Assembly (NCBI GenBank): GCA_964489445.1 | Contig: CAZAYU010000005.1 | Coordinates: 4,799 to 68,798, forward strand | From: an uncultured Planctomycetia bacterium | GTDB lineage: Bacteria; Omnitrophota; Gorgyraeia; Duberdicusellales; 4484-171 | Direction of reading: 5' to 3' | DNA: 64,000 nucleotides | In this document: one piece after another, positions 49,823-60,611 of the stretch | Position numbering within the stretch: position 1 is the first letter of the stretch | How the letters are laid out: the number at the start of each line of letters is the position of its first letter | Notes under the pieces: generated by a model | What the model was told of the DNA's origin: nothing | What the model saw: only the letters and a program-made list of their open reading frames with translations | The model's database searches: none | Program-made: the position numbers and the translations under genes

Positions 49823-52169
49823 TTATTTTTTCAAGCTGTGCTTTAGCTATCTCCGCCATCTGGTTTTCCGGATAATCTTTTAATATTTCCTGATAAGCAT
49901 AAAGTGCTTTTTCCTTTTGGTTTAGCTCTGCAAAAATTTTTCCGGCATTATTAAGAGCTAAGGGAACGTACTTCTGGTCATCATACAAAACAGCAATAAG
50001 CATATAGAGTTTTGCGGCTTTACTTTTATTACCCTGCAAACACTCTATCCCTGCTATTTCATAGCGTGAACGCATAGCAATAGTATGGTCATTAGGACTT
50101 TCAGTGATTGCCAATTCAAACTCCCGCTTTGCTTTATTATCTTGTTTTACTGCTTTAAGGCATAGCCCTTTACCAATACGTGACGCAGGCACAAATCGTT
50201 TATTTTTATCAGGTCCAGCCAAAACTAAGTCATAATACTCAATAGCTTTTTGATAGTTGCCCAGCCCCCTGTTGATTTCGCCTTTCAGATATGAAATTTC
50301 TGCTAAATGCTGAGAAATTTCTGCTTTTTTATCAATTTTTTCACTAATTTCTAAAGCTTCTTGGAACTCTTCAGCATCTAAGTAATATTGAATTAGCCAA
50401 AAATAAGTTTCTACGCCTATGTCTCTCTCTTTAAAATCATCTATTATCTTTTGAAATATTTGTACAGTCTTTTTCTCTTTACCTTTTTTTAAATAAATAA
50501 AAGCAGAATTTTTTAATGATAGATAAAGGATATCTCTTCCGCTATTACTAGAGCTAACTGCTCTTTTATAGTATTTTAAGGCCCTGTCGTACTCTTCTAT
50601 CAACTGCAAATTATAGGCAAGCAGAAAATAAGCTTCGGGAAGTTTAAGGCTTTTATCACGTAGATTTATAAATTGAATAAATAATTCTATTGCTTTTTTT
50701 CTTTGATCTAAATCAGAATAAAAAACTCCCAGCTGAAAAAGTATATCTTCTCGCACTTTTCCTTCGCTGAACTCTCGGAGATACTCTTCGCTATGCTCTA
50801 TTGCCCTTTTAATGAGTTTGTGTTTTTTTTCAATAATAATGACGTTATACAGTGCATCCTGTCTCTTTTCGTTATTTTTTCCCTGCTGAAAATACTTAAA
50901 AAATGATTTTCGCGCTTCTTCATCTTTCTTCATTGAAAGCCAGCAATACGCTAGGCTATACAGCGACTCATCACTGAATTTGGAATCTGAGAATTTATCC
51001 TCAATCTCCCGATAATGATTGTAAGCAATTCCAAATTTACCCAACTCATAATATGCTTCTGCGGTAATAAATAGTGCCTCGGGAGAATTATTAATATTCT
51101 CTTTAAAATATTCCTCAACTATCTTAATTGCAGCTTGATAGTCTTTACTACTTAACAAAATATTTGCTTTTTGAAAAAATACCTCATCTCGATATTCTTG
51201 ATCGAGTTCAGTTCTAGACAGCAGTTTATCCAAGATGCTGGCAGCCTCTTTAAAACGAAAAAGCTCTTGATAGGACGAAGAAACTATTTTATAAATATCA
51301 GAAAAATCATCCTGACTATTGATTGCCTTGGCATTCCTTTCATATTCCTCTATTACTTTTTCATATTCTTTAAGATTGTAGAAGGCGTTAACGAGATAGG
51401 TAAGCGAATATCGATATATCTCGTCTTTCTTAGGTGTATTTATAATTTCCCGGAAAACAACGATTGCTTGTCTATTGCGTTTATTAAAAAACTCCATCTG
51501 TCCTTTTTCGAATAGTATCAAACGCTTTAGATTTTCCGTATCAGCACTTTCATAAGCTTTCTGATAATACGCATAAGCTTCCGAAAACATTTGCCCAGAT
51601 GATGAAATCTTAGCTGCCTCTAAAAAAGATAGTGCTTTGAATTTTTTCGCAGTTTTTATCTCACCAGCTTTAACGAATACTGCTAAAGCTTTTTGTTCTT
51701 TTCCTTGTTTCTTGAAGACCAGACCTTTATAATGAAGCAACCCTTGCCTTACATTATCATTAGTCACACTTGAAATAAGATCAAGCGCCACAAGAGTTTC
51801 ATCTAAACGATCTAGCTTAAAATACGATTGAGCTATTCGCAATTGCGCAGCAGATACTTCTTTACTATCCAAATAGTTTTTAATAAAATTCTGATAATTG
51901 GATAGAGCTTTCTCGTACATTCTTAAATAGAAAAAACTCTCCGCCAAGCCAAAACAGGCTTCTTCCAAATATTCGCTATCTGGAAAACTTCGGATAAAAG
52001 ACTGATATTCTTCTTTGGCCATATCATAAAAACCTCTTTGTAGGAGACCGTTAGCAAAATCAATCTGTTCTAGTTGTTTTGAATCTTCAGCAAATAAAAG
52101 GGAAGAGGAAAAACAGGCAAACAGAATAAAAAGCAGGAAAAGAATATTTTGCGAACGCATTATCCTCAT
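49812..52169 (-). CDS. Exported tetratricopeptide repeat protein
   Basis: Signal peptide plus many TPRs (EEACFGLAESFF, ILFQLG..Y). Confidence 0.88.
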   Translation of the reverse strand: MRIMRSQNILFLLFILFACFSSSLLFAEDSKQLEQIDFANGLLQRGFYDMAKEEYQSFIRSFPDSEYLEEACFGLAESFFYLRMYEKALSNYQNFIKNYLDSKEVSAAQLRIAQSYFKLDRLDETLVALDLISSVTNDNVRQGLLHYKGLVFKKQGKEQKALAVFVKAGEIKTAKKFKALSFLEAAKISSSGQMFSEAYAYYQKAYESADTENLKRLILFEKGQMEFFNKRNRQAIVVFREIINTPKKDEIYRYSLTYLVNAFYNLKEYEKVIEEYERNAKAINSQDDFSDIYKIVSSSYQELFRFKEAASILDKLLSRTELDQEYRDEVFFQKANILLSSKDYQAAIKIVEEYFKENINNSPEALFITAEAYYELGKFGIAYNHYREIEDKFSDSKFSDESLYSLAYCWLSMKKDEEARKSFFKYFQQGKNNEKRQDALYNVIIIEKKHKLIKRAIEHSEEYLREFSEGKVREDILFQLGVFYSDLDQRKKAIELFIQFINLRDKSLKLPEAYFLLAYNLQLIEEYDRALKYYKRAVSSSNSGRDILYLSLKNSAFIYLKKGKEKKTVQIFQKIIDDFKERDIGVETYFWLIQYYLDAEEFQEALEISEKIDKKAEISQHLAEISYLKGEINRGLGNYQKAIEYYDLVLAGPDKNKRFVPASRIGKGLCLKAVKQDNKAKREFELAITESPNDHTIAMRSRYEIAGIECLQGNKSKAAKLYMLIAVLYDDQKYVPLALNNAGKIFAELNQKEKALYAYQEILKDYPENQMAEIAKAQLEKINAD

Positions 52170-52175
52170 CTATGG

Positions 52176-52595
52176 TTACTCTTCTTTTATTGTCGAAAAA
52201 GCTACATTCCATATATCCGCGGCCGCACAAGCATCAAGAACGCTTACCACGTTTTTATGATAAGTCTTCTCGTCAGCTCTTATAATTACCGGCTGGTTAG
52301 GAAAAAGCTCGGCTATCTCCATAAGCATTACTTTTAACTCTTCCTTATCAAGCTTTTTCCCGTTAACCACTACTTTTCCGCTTCTATCAATATTAACTAT
52401 CACCTCGCCAGGACTGCGAACAGCTTCTTTAGATTCTTTAGACTTAGGAACGCTTATGTTTAGTTCTGATTCAAGCTGGCTAAACACCGAAAGAGCCATA
52501 AAAAAAACAAGAGTAAGAAAAACTATATCGACAAGTGGAGCCATTTGAACTAGTGGCCCTCTTTTAAAGTGCTCCGGAATATCGTATTTAAACAT
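52176..52595 (-). CDS. exbD: Biopolymer transport protein ExbD/TolR
   Basis: MAPLVDIVFL.LVFFM, VIIRADE, VLDAC. Confidence 0.93.
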   Translation of the reverse strand: MFKYDIPEHFKRGPLVQMAPLVDIVFLTLVFFMALSVFSQLESELNISVPKSKESKEAVRSPGEVIVNIDRSGKVVVNGKKLDKEELKVMLMEIAELFPNQPVIIRADEKTYHKNVVSVLDACAAADIWNVAFSTIKEE

Positions 52596-52599
52596 TCTC

Positions 52600-53358
52600 C
52601 TACCTTTTTGAGTTTGTTTTTTCTTCTAAAATTTTAATAATATCAGTGCTATAGTTTTCAATAACACCAGATACATCCTGTATCTTACCCTTAAAATAAG
52701 TATAAAAAATCATAGCCGGAATAGCCACAATAAGACCAGCAGCAGTAGTTACCATCGCCTGTGAGACTCCGCCAGCAATAAGAATCGGCTTGACAACTGC
52801 GCTTTGAAAAGCAATAGCGTTAAACGCTCTGATCATCCCTAAAACTGTCCCCAACAAACCAATAAGCGGAGATATGCTGGCAATATCGGCTAAATACCCA
52901 ACATTCTTCCAAAGACTCCCTATCTCTACTCGCAACACACCCTCCATAGACTCCCGAATTAAATGAGCTCCTTTTGACTGTTTTTCAAGGCCAATGTCGG
53001 TAATTTTAGCAATAATATTTGTTTTGCTGCTACACATTTTTCTAGCTGACTTACTCTTCCCTGTCTCCAGATTCTTTATGATTTTTTCAGCAAACGGCTT
53101 TGGACATAGTTTATCACTGTTTAGCGTTAAGAAATTATACGTAATTACCGCAACTGTAAACACAGAAAGCAAGAACAAGACAACCATCACGAATCCTCCG
53201 GCCTTAAGCATTTGCCAGAGAGTCATCCCCTGTCTGGTTTCTTCCACAGACTTAATATATGTTTTAACATTAGAGTTTGTGTCCTTACTAGCTAAAGCAA
53301 GGGAAAAAAACGAAACACAAAATAATATAAGAACCATAATAATATATCTTTTTTTCAT
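52600..53358 (-). CDS. exbB: MotA/TolQ/ExbB proton channel protein
   Basis: GG.VM, SPLIGLLGTVLGMI, A.GVSQAMVTTAAGL.VAIP. Start moved to ATG 53358 behind AGGAG. Confidence 0.93.
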   Translation of the reverse strand: MKKRYIIMVLILFCVSFFSLALASKDTNSNVKTYIKSVEETRQGMTLWQMLKAGGFVMVVLFLLSVFTVAVITYNFLTLNSDKLCPKPFAEKIIKNLETGKSKSARKMCSSKTNIIAKITDIGLEKQSKGAHLIRESMEGVLRVEIGSLWKNVGYLADIASISPLIGLLGTVLGMIRAFNAIAFQSAVVKPILIAGGVSQAMVTTAAGLIVAIPAMIFYTYFKGKIQDVSGVIENYSTDIIKILEEKTNSKR

Positions 53359-53465
53359 TAAAAGACTCCTTTTTTTATAATTTTTAGTACTTATCTCTTT
53401 GCATGCTAGTTGCACTGAAAACTATTTTAACTCCTTTAAATTAATTACACAAGGCTGTTTTTATC

Positions 53466-54080
53466 TTAATGTAAAGACTCCCTTTCGTCTTTTAACTTTT
53501 GCAAGCGGCTGATTTCAAAATTAATCTGCTTCCTAATATGCTTAAAAGGATAGTCTATTAAATCTAGGGCTTTACAGTAAGCAACAACCGCTAAATTAAT
53601 ATCTCCTAGATTTTCATAAACATTAGCAATATTTTCGTAAGTAACCGCTCGATCAGAATTAATTTCTAATGCTTTTTCCAAAAACACCAACGCTTCTCTA
53701 TGTTGACCAAGCTTATTTAGGAACCAACCCTTATTATGATAGACCGTATCATAACCGGGCTCAACCTCAATGCCTTTGTTAAAATACTTCATCGGCCCCT
53801 CAATAATTCCTAATTCAATCATGCACAATGCCCGGTCATTATACGCTGCTGCGTCTTTTGGGTTGTACTTTATCGCTTTGTCTAAATACTCAATTGCCTT
53901 TTCAAAACATTCATTGATTATCTCTTTTTGAGCATAAAAAAACATCTGTTCACTCAAGATTTCCTTTTCTTTTGCCATCTTTAGCCCCTGAGATATTAGC
54001 CGTCTAGCAGCTTTTAAATCATTAAATGTGATCGCCGAGTCAACAAGACACCTTAATTGCGTGAAATCCGGATGGTTCAT
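53466..54080 (-). CDS. Tetratricopeptide repeat protein
   Basis: KAI.Y.P..A.AYN.RA, YHNKG..L..LG...EAL repeats. Confidence 0.88.
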   Translation of the reverse strand: MNHPDFTQLRCLVDSAITFNDLKAARRLISQGLKMAKEKEILSEQMFFYAQKEIINECFEKAIEYLDKAIKYNPKDAAAYNDRALCMIELGIIEGPMKYFNKGIEVEPGYDTVYHNKGWFLNKLGQHREALVFLEKALEINSDRAVTYENIANVYENLGDINLAVVAYCKALDLIDYPFKHIRKQINFEISRLQKLKDERESLH

Positions 54081-54328
54081 TTATCCCTTTGTTTAAGTGG
54101 CTCCAATAAATATTCTAGACCATTTATTTTAATCTCATAAACAGACTCAATCATCTCTCCCAGGCTGTCTTTGGGAAACCCTTTTCGCGCAAACCAAACA
54201 ATATAATCTTCCGGTAAATCAATCAATAACCGGCCTTTATATTTTCCAAAAGGCATTTTAGTCATTACTAACTCAGACAAATTATCTTGAGAAGTTTTCT
54301 CTTCTCTATAAAATCTGTTGTTGTTCAT
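54077..54328 (-). CDS. DUF3820 family protein
   Basis: MPFGKYKGR.LIDLPE.Y.VWF..KGFP...EIK.NGL..LL.PL. Confidence 0.9.
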   Translation of the reverse strand: MNNNRFYREEKTSQDNLSELVMTKMPFGKYKGRLLIDLPEDYIVWFARKGFPKDSLGEMIESVYEIKINGLEYLLEPLKQRDK

Positions 54329-54407
54329 CTATCTATTATTTTTTTTCAGAGCATAAGACAGTACTGGCTAATTCGCTTGTACACGAGAATTGCAGTATTT
54401 TTAGGAG

Positions 54408-55691
54408 CTATTTTCTGAATTTTGCAACAGCCATGCTCTTTACTTTTTTCGCCTGAATAAGCGCATTATCAGCACAATCCACTAGCACATCAGCATCCCT
54501 GGAATCGTCAGGAAAAGATGATAGTCCGGTACTAAATTTTATTTTTATATGAATACTTTCTCTTGCATAAGAAGAAGCTACTTTTGTCTGAAGTAGCTTT
54601 GATTTTACACGCTCTAAAACACAATTCGTTTGTTCTATTGATGACTCGGGAAAAATTATTACAAACGCATCCCCTCCATATCGACCCATGGTATCTTCTT
54701 CTCTTGTGGTGTTTTTTATAGTTTGAGCCACACTTTTTAGAATATCATTTCCTACAAGATACCCATAGCAACTATTTAATTGCTTAAAATTATCTATGTC
54801 TAGAATAACAATGGTTACATTTCTTTGGTAACGTATACTGCGCCTTAATTCCTTCTTTAAAGAAAACATTATAAATTTAAAATTTAAACAATCTGTGATG
54901 TTGTCAAATCCGGCTAATTGCTCTAATTTCTTTCTTAAGCTTTGTTCAACGCTGGAAAAACATCCGAAAATACCCCCTGCTAAAAAATACACAGATAGCC
55001 TCAAAACAGTTCCTTTAACTACAGCCTCCCTTGCCATCCAGGAAGTAAATAAGCTACTCTCCCCAAAAAATATTATTGATGCAATAGAGGCAGCAACAAT
55101 GCCTCCACTTACGCCAAACCAAAACCCGGATAAGGATATAAGGACTACATAGATATAGCCCAAAGAAATACCAAATTCTTTCATTAGAAGTCTGGCAACA
55201 ACAAGGCATATAAAGCCAATACAAACAACAGCAAAGCGAAAACTTCGAAAAGAATAAACAGTGGCAACTTTTATTTTGGTAATTTTAAGGAAAGCAAAAA
55301 GTTTATCTTTCCATCCTGTAGTACCGCTTATAATTAGATGCTGCTTTGCCTCATTAAATGTTTTATAAATTTGTATTTTTACATTTTTAGAATAATGAAA
55401 AGTAGACATTATGCCAAAACCAATATCCTTACTCGAATCAGGAATAATGCGAATGATTCTTGATACCCCACGAGAATTGCATGCCTTCATTATCTTTTCA
55501 ATATAAGGGGCCGCGTTAATATCCATTGTATCTAAACCGGATAAATCTGTTAAGATACGAAAACCTTTTCTTAAATTTGGCAGCATATTTTCAAGTTCTT
55601 TATATAGCTTTTGACTCTGATGGGCATCAAAATCTCCCCAAAAGGAAACCATTAGAATATCATTCTTTTTATCAAATTTTACCGAAAACAT
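54408..55691 (-). CDS. Membrane protein with a degenerate GGDEF (GGDAF) domain and an N-terminal STAS/SpoIIAA-like domain
   Basis: DIDNFK, REEDTMGRYGGDAF, ADNAL..AK; about 4 TMs; N-terminal LTDLSGL segment. Confidence 0.85.
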   Translation of the reverse strand: MFSVKFDKKNDILMVSFWGDFDAHQSQKLYKELENMLPNLRKGFRILTDLSGLDTMDINAAPYIEKIMKACNSRGVSRIIRIIPDSSKDIGFGIMSTFHYSKNVKIQIYKTFNEAKQHLIISGTTGWKDKLFAFLKITKIKVATVYSFRSFRFAVVCIGFICLVVARLLMKEFGISLGYIYVVLISLSGFWFGVSGGIVAASIASIIFFGESSLFTSWMAREAVVKGTVLRLSVYFLAGGIFGCFSSVEQSLRKKLEQLAGFDNITDCLNFKFIMFSLKKELRRSIRYQRNVTIVILDIDNFKQLNSCYGYLVGNDILKSVAQTIKNTTREEDTMGRYGGDAFVIIFPESSIEQTNCVLERVKSKLLQTKVASSYARESIHIKIKFSTGLSSFPDDSRDADVLVDCADNALIQAKKVKSMAVAKFRK

Positions 55692-55722
55692 ATTTGCTCT
55701 TGTTTTTTAAAGTTTCCCCTAA

Positions 55723-56544
55723 TCAAATAATCTCGCCTCGATAAGAAATCGTATGAACTTCGATAGGTATACTTTTCCCTGATTTCTTAAGCGCTGCCTC
55801 AGCTAACTTTAACGTTGCGCTGCAACAAGGAACTTCCATTTTTACTACAGTAACTGACTTTATATTATTGTCCCGAATAATAGATGTGAGTTTTTCTAGA
55901 TAAGCATCCATTGTCGCATCTAGTTTTGGGCAAAACATTATCAATGTTTTTCCTTTCAAGAACCGCCTATGAAAATCAGCATAAGCAAACGGAACACAAT
56001 CTGCAGCCACCAGTAGCTCGCAATTTTGAAAGTAAGACGCAGTGGAGCTTAAAAGCTGTAACTGCGTCGGCCACTGACGTAATTCTGACTTCACTGTTCC
56101 TTCGCAGGCTGAATTACTTTCCAGTGCCGGATCATCCCTAAAGTCATGTTCCATTGTTCCTGGGCAACCACAGGCAAGAGAAGCCTCACTACTGTCATCT
56201 ACATCAATATTATTTGCCTTTAAGCATCTTATGGCTATTTCTAAGTATTCCTCTTGCTTATGTTTTCTTAAATGTTTTAGGTGGACATCTATCGCGCCCT
56301 TTCCAAGCTTAATAATATTCTTCATAGCTTCCTTTTCATTATAGGCTTGGACTTCAGATTCCTCAATGGTAATTGCACCTTCAGGGCAATTTCCAATACA
56401 TTCGCCCAACCCATCACACAGCAATTCTCCAACAAGCTGGGCCTTGCCGTTAATTATCTTTAACGCTCCTTCCGGGCAATTCGGAATGCAAAGTCCGCAT
56501 CCATTACATTTTTGTTCGTCAATTTTAATTATTTTTCTTTTCAT
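55723..56544 (-). CDS. 4Fe-4S dicluster iron-sulfur protein
   Basis: CNGCGLCIPNCPEGA, CDGLGECIGNCP, GCPG, QWP.QL, AADC, CPKLD, MEVPCC. Confidence 0.9.
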   Translation of the reverse strand: MKRKIIKIDEQKCNGCGLCIPNCPEGALKIINGKAQLVGELLCDGLGECIGNCPEGAITIEESEVQAYNEKEAMKNIIKLGKGAIDVHLKHLRKHKQEEYLEIAIRCLKANNIDVDDSSEASLACGCPGTMEHDFRDDPALESNSACEGTVKSELRQWPTQLQLLSSTASYFQNCELLVAADCVPFAYADFHRRFLKGKTLIMFCPKLDATMDAYLEKLTSIIRDNNIKSVTVVKMEVPCCSATLKLAEAALKKSGKSIPIEVHTISYRGEII

Positions 56545-56643
56545 GCTCCTCCATTTTCATACTTATCTATCTCTAAATATACGTAACCATTTTTCCGCAC
56601 TAACTTTTTAAATTTAATTGTAGTTTTCCGAATCTTGCTCCCG

Positions 56644-58026
56644 CTAACATTCTCCGACAGAGTCTCTTTCTTTTTTGATTGATTTGCGAAAAAATATCCA
56701 CCAAACAACAGTCCACGCTAAAACCGCCCCTAAACTAATAAAAAATACAACTCTTGGGCCAGAGATAATAACTAGGGGCACAGCTATTGAAGTCCATATT
56801 CCTCCTCCCAAGAAAGGCTCATGGAGAAGCTGCTTATACCCAAAAGCGTAATACGCCGGGGTTTCACTGTCAGGGTCAACAACCCTCAGTAACAAAATAC
56901 CAGTTGCAGTTACTCCCATCGATTGACCCAACTCAACGATAGCCCTTTCAAACCAGGCATCAGGAAGAAAACGTCTTGCCAGATAAACCACACAAAAAAC
57001 ATTCCAAAGAATAGCAGCAATAATAATAATGCTAAACGGTAAGATTAACTTCATTATCACCGGTAAATTGATCATCGCAATTGCCGCCACCACCAAAAAG
57101 TCTAAAGCAGCTCCGGAAATTCTCTGGATAAGCATCCGGTCAATAACATCTCTTTTTATGATCCGGGAAAAAAATAATTCAATAATAACCCCGCCAACCA
57201 TACAAAGAGGAAAAACCGGAAAAGCTTGAAGAATTTTTTTTTCAGCTAACAAAGGGAAAAAAGGCTCCATATTAACCAGTAAGCACTTAAGAAAGTAACC
57301 GACAAAAACAGCCAAGCCAATAATTGCTATATGAAAACTCAAACTATCTAGAGAACTAGGCAAAACAGTTTGATATCCAGCCGGTGGCCGCTGATCAACC
57401 TTATAGATACCATCTAGATTTTTACCGGATGAATATTCTTCCTTCTTTAATTTCTGAGTAAAATTGTTACGCACTGCCCAGTTAATTAGAACCATTCCCA
57501 CTACAATAGCAGAAATAATACCAGCAGTAGCTGCAGCCAAGCTATAATCAACGCCCTGGGGCCAACCGAGTAAATCAAATGTTGCTTTCAGGCCCGCGGC
57601 AGTTCCGTGACCTCCTTCAAACCCAACTGGAATTATTACCCCAAAAAAAGACGGAACTAAAAATAACGGAGTTAAGATCAACATCGTAACCCCTAAGCCA
57701 ACAACATATTGCCCCCAGGCAACAATTTGTCCATAAGCGAGCTGCGGTCCGGCTTTTTTCCATATTGTAGGAACCGAAGGAATATTTACTCCCAGAAAAA
57801 GCGCAGCAAAGACAATATTGATTAAAAAACCCGGAAGCTTACTCCAGCCAGCAGTACAGCTTGAAGGAATAAAGCCACTGGAGGTTTGTAGAATTAGCAA
57901 CCCTAAAAGACCACCGATAACAGCAGCCGGAAGATAAAGCCTTCTAAGGAACCCAACTTTAACCCGCAACGCTTTTCCGGCAAGCAAAAGTATACACAAT
58001 GAAGAAAAAGAAAGTATTATTTCCAT
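56644..58026 (-). CDS. gltS: Sodium/glutamate symporter family
   Basis: LPAAVIGGL, GFEGGHGTAAG, GQSMGVTATG..LLR.VDP. Confidence 0.85.
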   Translation of the reverse strand: MEIILSFSSLCILLLAGKALRVKVGFLRRLYLPAAVIGGLLGLLILQTSSGFIPSSCTAGWSKLPGFLINIVFAALFLGVNIPSVPTIWKKAGPQLAYGQIVAWGQYVVGLGVTMLILTPLFLVPSFFGVIIPVGFEGGHGTAAGLKATFDLLGWPQGVDYSLAAATAGIISAIVVGMVLINWAVRNNFTQKLKKEEYSSGKNLDGIYKVDQRPPAGYQTVLPSSLDSLSFHIAIIGLAVFVGYFLKCLLVNMEPFFPLLAEKKILQAFPVFPLCMVGGVIIELFFSRIIKRDVIDRMLIQRISGAALDFLVVAAIAMINLPVIMKLILPFSIIIIAAILWNVFCVVYLARRFLPDAWFERAIVELGQSMGVTATGILLLRVVDPDSETPAYYAFGYKQLLHEPFLGGGIWTSIAVPLVIISGPRVVFFISLGAVLAWTVVWWIFFRKSIKKERDSVGEC

Positions 58027-58208
58027 TCAATTAAAGCTTATAGATAGTTTTTTTACTCTCCAACACACAACATTTAATACATATTATAGCACATAAATGC
58101 TTCCAACCGGAAAGGTTCATTAAGGTAAGCGCAAATAAGCCTTGAACCTCTTTATTCCTAACGGTATACTTTAAGCTAATAATATTTAAAAATCAATACA
58201 TCTAAATT

Positions 58209-59618
58209 ATGCGCAAGGAAAGACTACGTAAAACTAACACTCAAATAACCGATGGCGGTTTAAAATCTTCCTTCTGGAAATTAGCAATACCGATGATAAT
58301 CGGAGCCTTACTCCAAGATCTCTTTACTTTTGTTGATCTTTTATTTATCGGAAGGTTAGGGTCCACTCAGCTAGCCGCTTTATCTATCGCCGGAGCAATC
58401 TTGGCAATTATTCTAATGGCAGCAATGGGCATTTCTTCCGGAACCACAGCATTAATTTCTCACTTTATTGGAAAGAAAGATTACGATTCAGCTGATAATG
58501 TACTCTTCCAAACAATTATTATTAGCATTGTCTGCTCAGTACTAATGGCTTTAGTGGGAATTTTCGGTACTACCGGCTTGTTAAAAGTGTTTGGCGCTCC
58601 AGAAAATATAATCCCGGCCGCTTCTGAATATTTAAAAATAAACTTTATCTGGTCAATAGTTATCTTTCTTTCACTTGCTTTCAATCAGGCCTTGCGCGGT
58701 TCCGGTGATACTCAAATGCCGCTAAAAGTATTGGTGATCGCAAATGTAATTAATATTATCCTAGACCCTCTATTTATCTTCGGCTGGGGCATATTTCCCA
58801 GAATGGAAATTGCCGGATCTGCAACAGCAACCATTATTAGCAGAAGCATTGCAATAATAATTTTACTTAACCACTTTATCTGTGGACACTCAACCCTGCA
58901 CTTCAGAAAAAAAGCTTTTAAAATTAATTTTGTTACTATTGGGCGAATGCTAAAAATTGGCTTTTTCGCTTCTCTAGAAGTGCTTCTCCGCCAAATATCA
59001 TTACTTTTGCTAATGAGGCTAGTAGCCTCTTTTGGCATAGCCTGTATTGCTGCTTACGGTATAGCAATTCGATTAAGAATGGCAATTATGATGTTTGGCT
59101 TTGGAATGGGAATAGCTGCTTCGATATTAATTGGCCAAAACATGGGAGCCGGACAACCCAGACGAGCTGAAAAATCCGGATGGAAGGCTTTGCAATACTA
59201 CGAATTCATGGTTATTCCCTTAGCCATAATATTTTTTATATTTGCGCCAAGAATAATCAGCATTTTTAGCAACGAAGCTGAAGTAATAAAAATCGGAAGC
59301 AGCCTTTTAAGATTTGTTGCCTTAACTATGCCTTTTTTGGCCTCACCTCTTGTTTTAGGTCGAGGAATCAGCGGTGCCGGAGACACTATTGCCCCGGCAA
59401 TAATGACTGGCATTTTTCAACTTGGCGTACGTATTATTCTTGCTTACAGCTTGGTGCTCGTATTTCGGTTAGGGTACATTGGTATCTGGATGGGAATTAA
59501 CGCTTCCGACATCTGCCAAGGCTTAGTAATGGTTTGGTATTATAAGCGTGGCTTCTGGCAAAAACAATACCTCAAACACCGTAACATACTTGATCAAGAA
59601 GATAGTATGTTGGCTTAA
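58209..59618 (+). CDS. MATE family transporter
   Basis: LAIPM, D..FIGRLG...LAA, LRGSGDT..P, NIILDPLFI, GQNMGAG. Confidence 0.94.
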   Translation: MRKERLRKTNTQITDGGLKSSFWKLAIPMIIGALLQDLFTFVDLLFIGRLGSTQLAALSIAGAILAIILMAAMGISSGTTALISHFIGKKDYDSADNVLFQTIIISIVCSVLMALVGIFGTTGLLKVFGAPENIIPAASEYLKINFIWSIVIFLSLAFNQALRGSGDTQMPLKVLVIANVINIILDPLFIFGWGIFPRMEIAGSATATIISRSIAIIILLNHFICGHSTLHFRKKAFKINFVTIGRMLKIGFFASLEVLLRQISLLLLMRLVASFGIACIAAYGIAIRLRMAIMMFGFGMGIAASILIGQNMGAGQPRRAEKSGWKALQYYEFMVIPLAIIFFIFAPRIISIFSNEAEVIKIGSSLLRFVALTMPFLASPLVLGRGISGAGDTIAPAIMTGIFQLGVRIILAYSLVLVFRLGYIGIWMGINASDICQGLVMVWYYKRGFWQKQYLKHRNILDQEDSMLA

Positions 59619-59654
59619 GAAATATTTTTTTTATTACTGCTTAATTAGATTTAC

Positions 59655-60611
59655 CTAAAATGTTGACTGAAAAAAATTAAATATATACCCAGTAATAACT
59701 ATCGCTACTGTTGTTACCCCAAAAAAAATAGCAATTAGCCTTAACTTCATTGCCCGACGCAATATTACTGCCTCCGGAAAACTTAATGCCACTGTAGCCA
59801 TCATGAACGCTAAAGCTGTGCCTAGCGGAACCCCTTTGCGAAATAAAACCACGGTTATCGGTACAATTGCTGCACAACTCCCATACATTGGAACCCCTAA
59901 GAGAACAGCAAGCGGAACCGAAAACGGTCCGGTTTTACTGATTATCGAATGAATTGTTTCTCGAGGAATATAATTATGGATAAATGCGCCTATCCCTACG
60001 CCCACTAATATCCAAATCCATAATCTTTTGATTATCACAATTGATTCATTAACCCCAAAAATTATCCTCTCTTTTAAATTTTTATATACCTTCTCTTTAA
60101 GTTCGCTACGGTCAGACGCCCCTATTCCCCCGTCAAGATATTTCTCTAAATTCATCCTACCTAAGATACCTCCCGCAATAACTCCAATAGAGATACCACT
60201 TAATACATAAAGCAGTGTAATCTTCCAGCCAAAAAATCCCAGCATCACTACTACTACATACTCATTAATTAGCGGAGAAGTTATTAAAAAGGAGAAGGTA
60301 ACACCTAGAGGAACCCCAATTTCAACAAAACTTAAAAAGATTGGTATTGATGAGCAAGAACAAAATGGAGTTATCGCCCCAAACAAGGAAGCAAATAAAT
60401 TTCCGAATATCTTTTTACCAATAATCCACCGTTTAATCTTGTGCTCAGATATATAGCTACGGAGAAGGCCAACAATCGATATCATAAAAAATAATAGTAA
60501 AAGTATCTTTACCGAATCATAAATGAAAAAATTAATAGCCTCCCCCCATCTCGATTCCGGATTCAAGCTAAGCACTGAATAGACTAGCCAGTTAACTATT
60601 TGCTGCAACAT
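59655..60611 (-). CDS. DUF318/ArsP-like permease
   Basis: TPFCSCSSIP, GVPLG.TFSFLITSP.INE, GVPMY, LSFPE. Confidence 0.9.
   Translation of the reverse strand: MLQQIVNWLVYSVLSLNPESRWGEAINFFIYDSVKILLLLFFMISIVGLLRSYISEHKIKRWIIGKKIFGNLFASLFGAITPFCSCSSIPIFLSFVEIGVPLGVTFSFLITSPLINEYVVVVMLGFFGWKITLLYVLSGISIGVIAGGILGRMNLEKYLDGGIGASDRSELKEKVYKNLKERIIFGVNESIVIIKRLWIWILVGVGIGAFIHNYIPRETIHSIISKTGPFSVPLAVLLGVPMYGSCAAIVPITVVLFRKGVPLGTALAFMMATVALSFPEAVILRRAMKLRLIAIFFGVTTVAIVITGYIFNFFQSTF

Noticed and set aside
58110-58150. Imperfect inverted repeat AGGTTCA..AAGG/CCTTGAACCT between gltS and MATE as a riboswitch
   Set aside because: No known aptamer consensus and no U-tract; not supportable.
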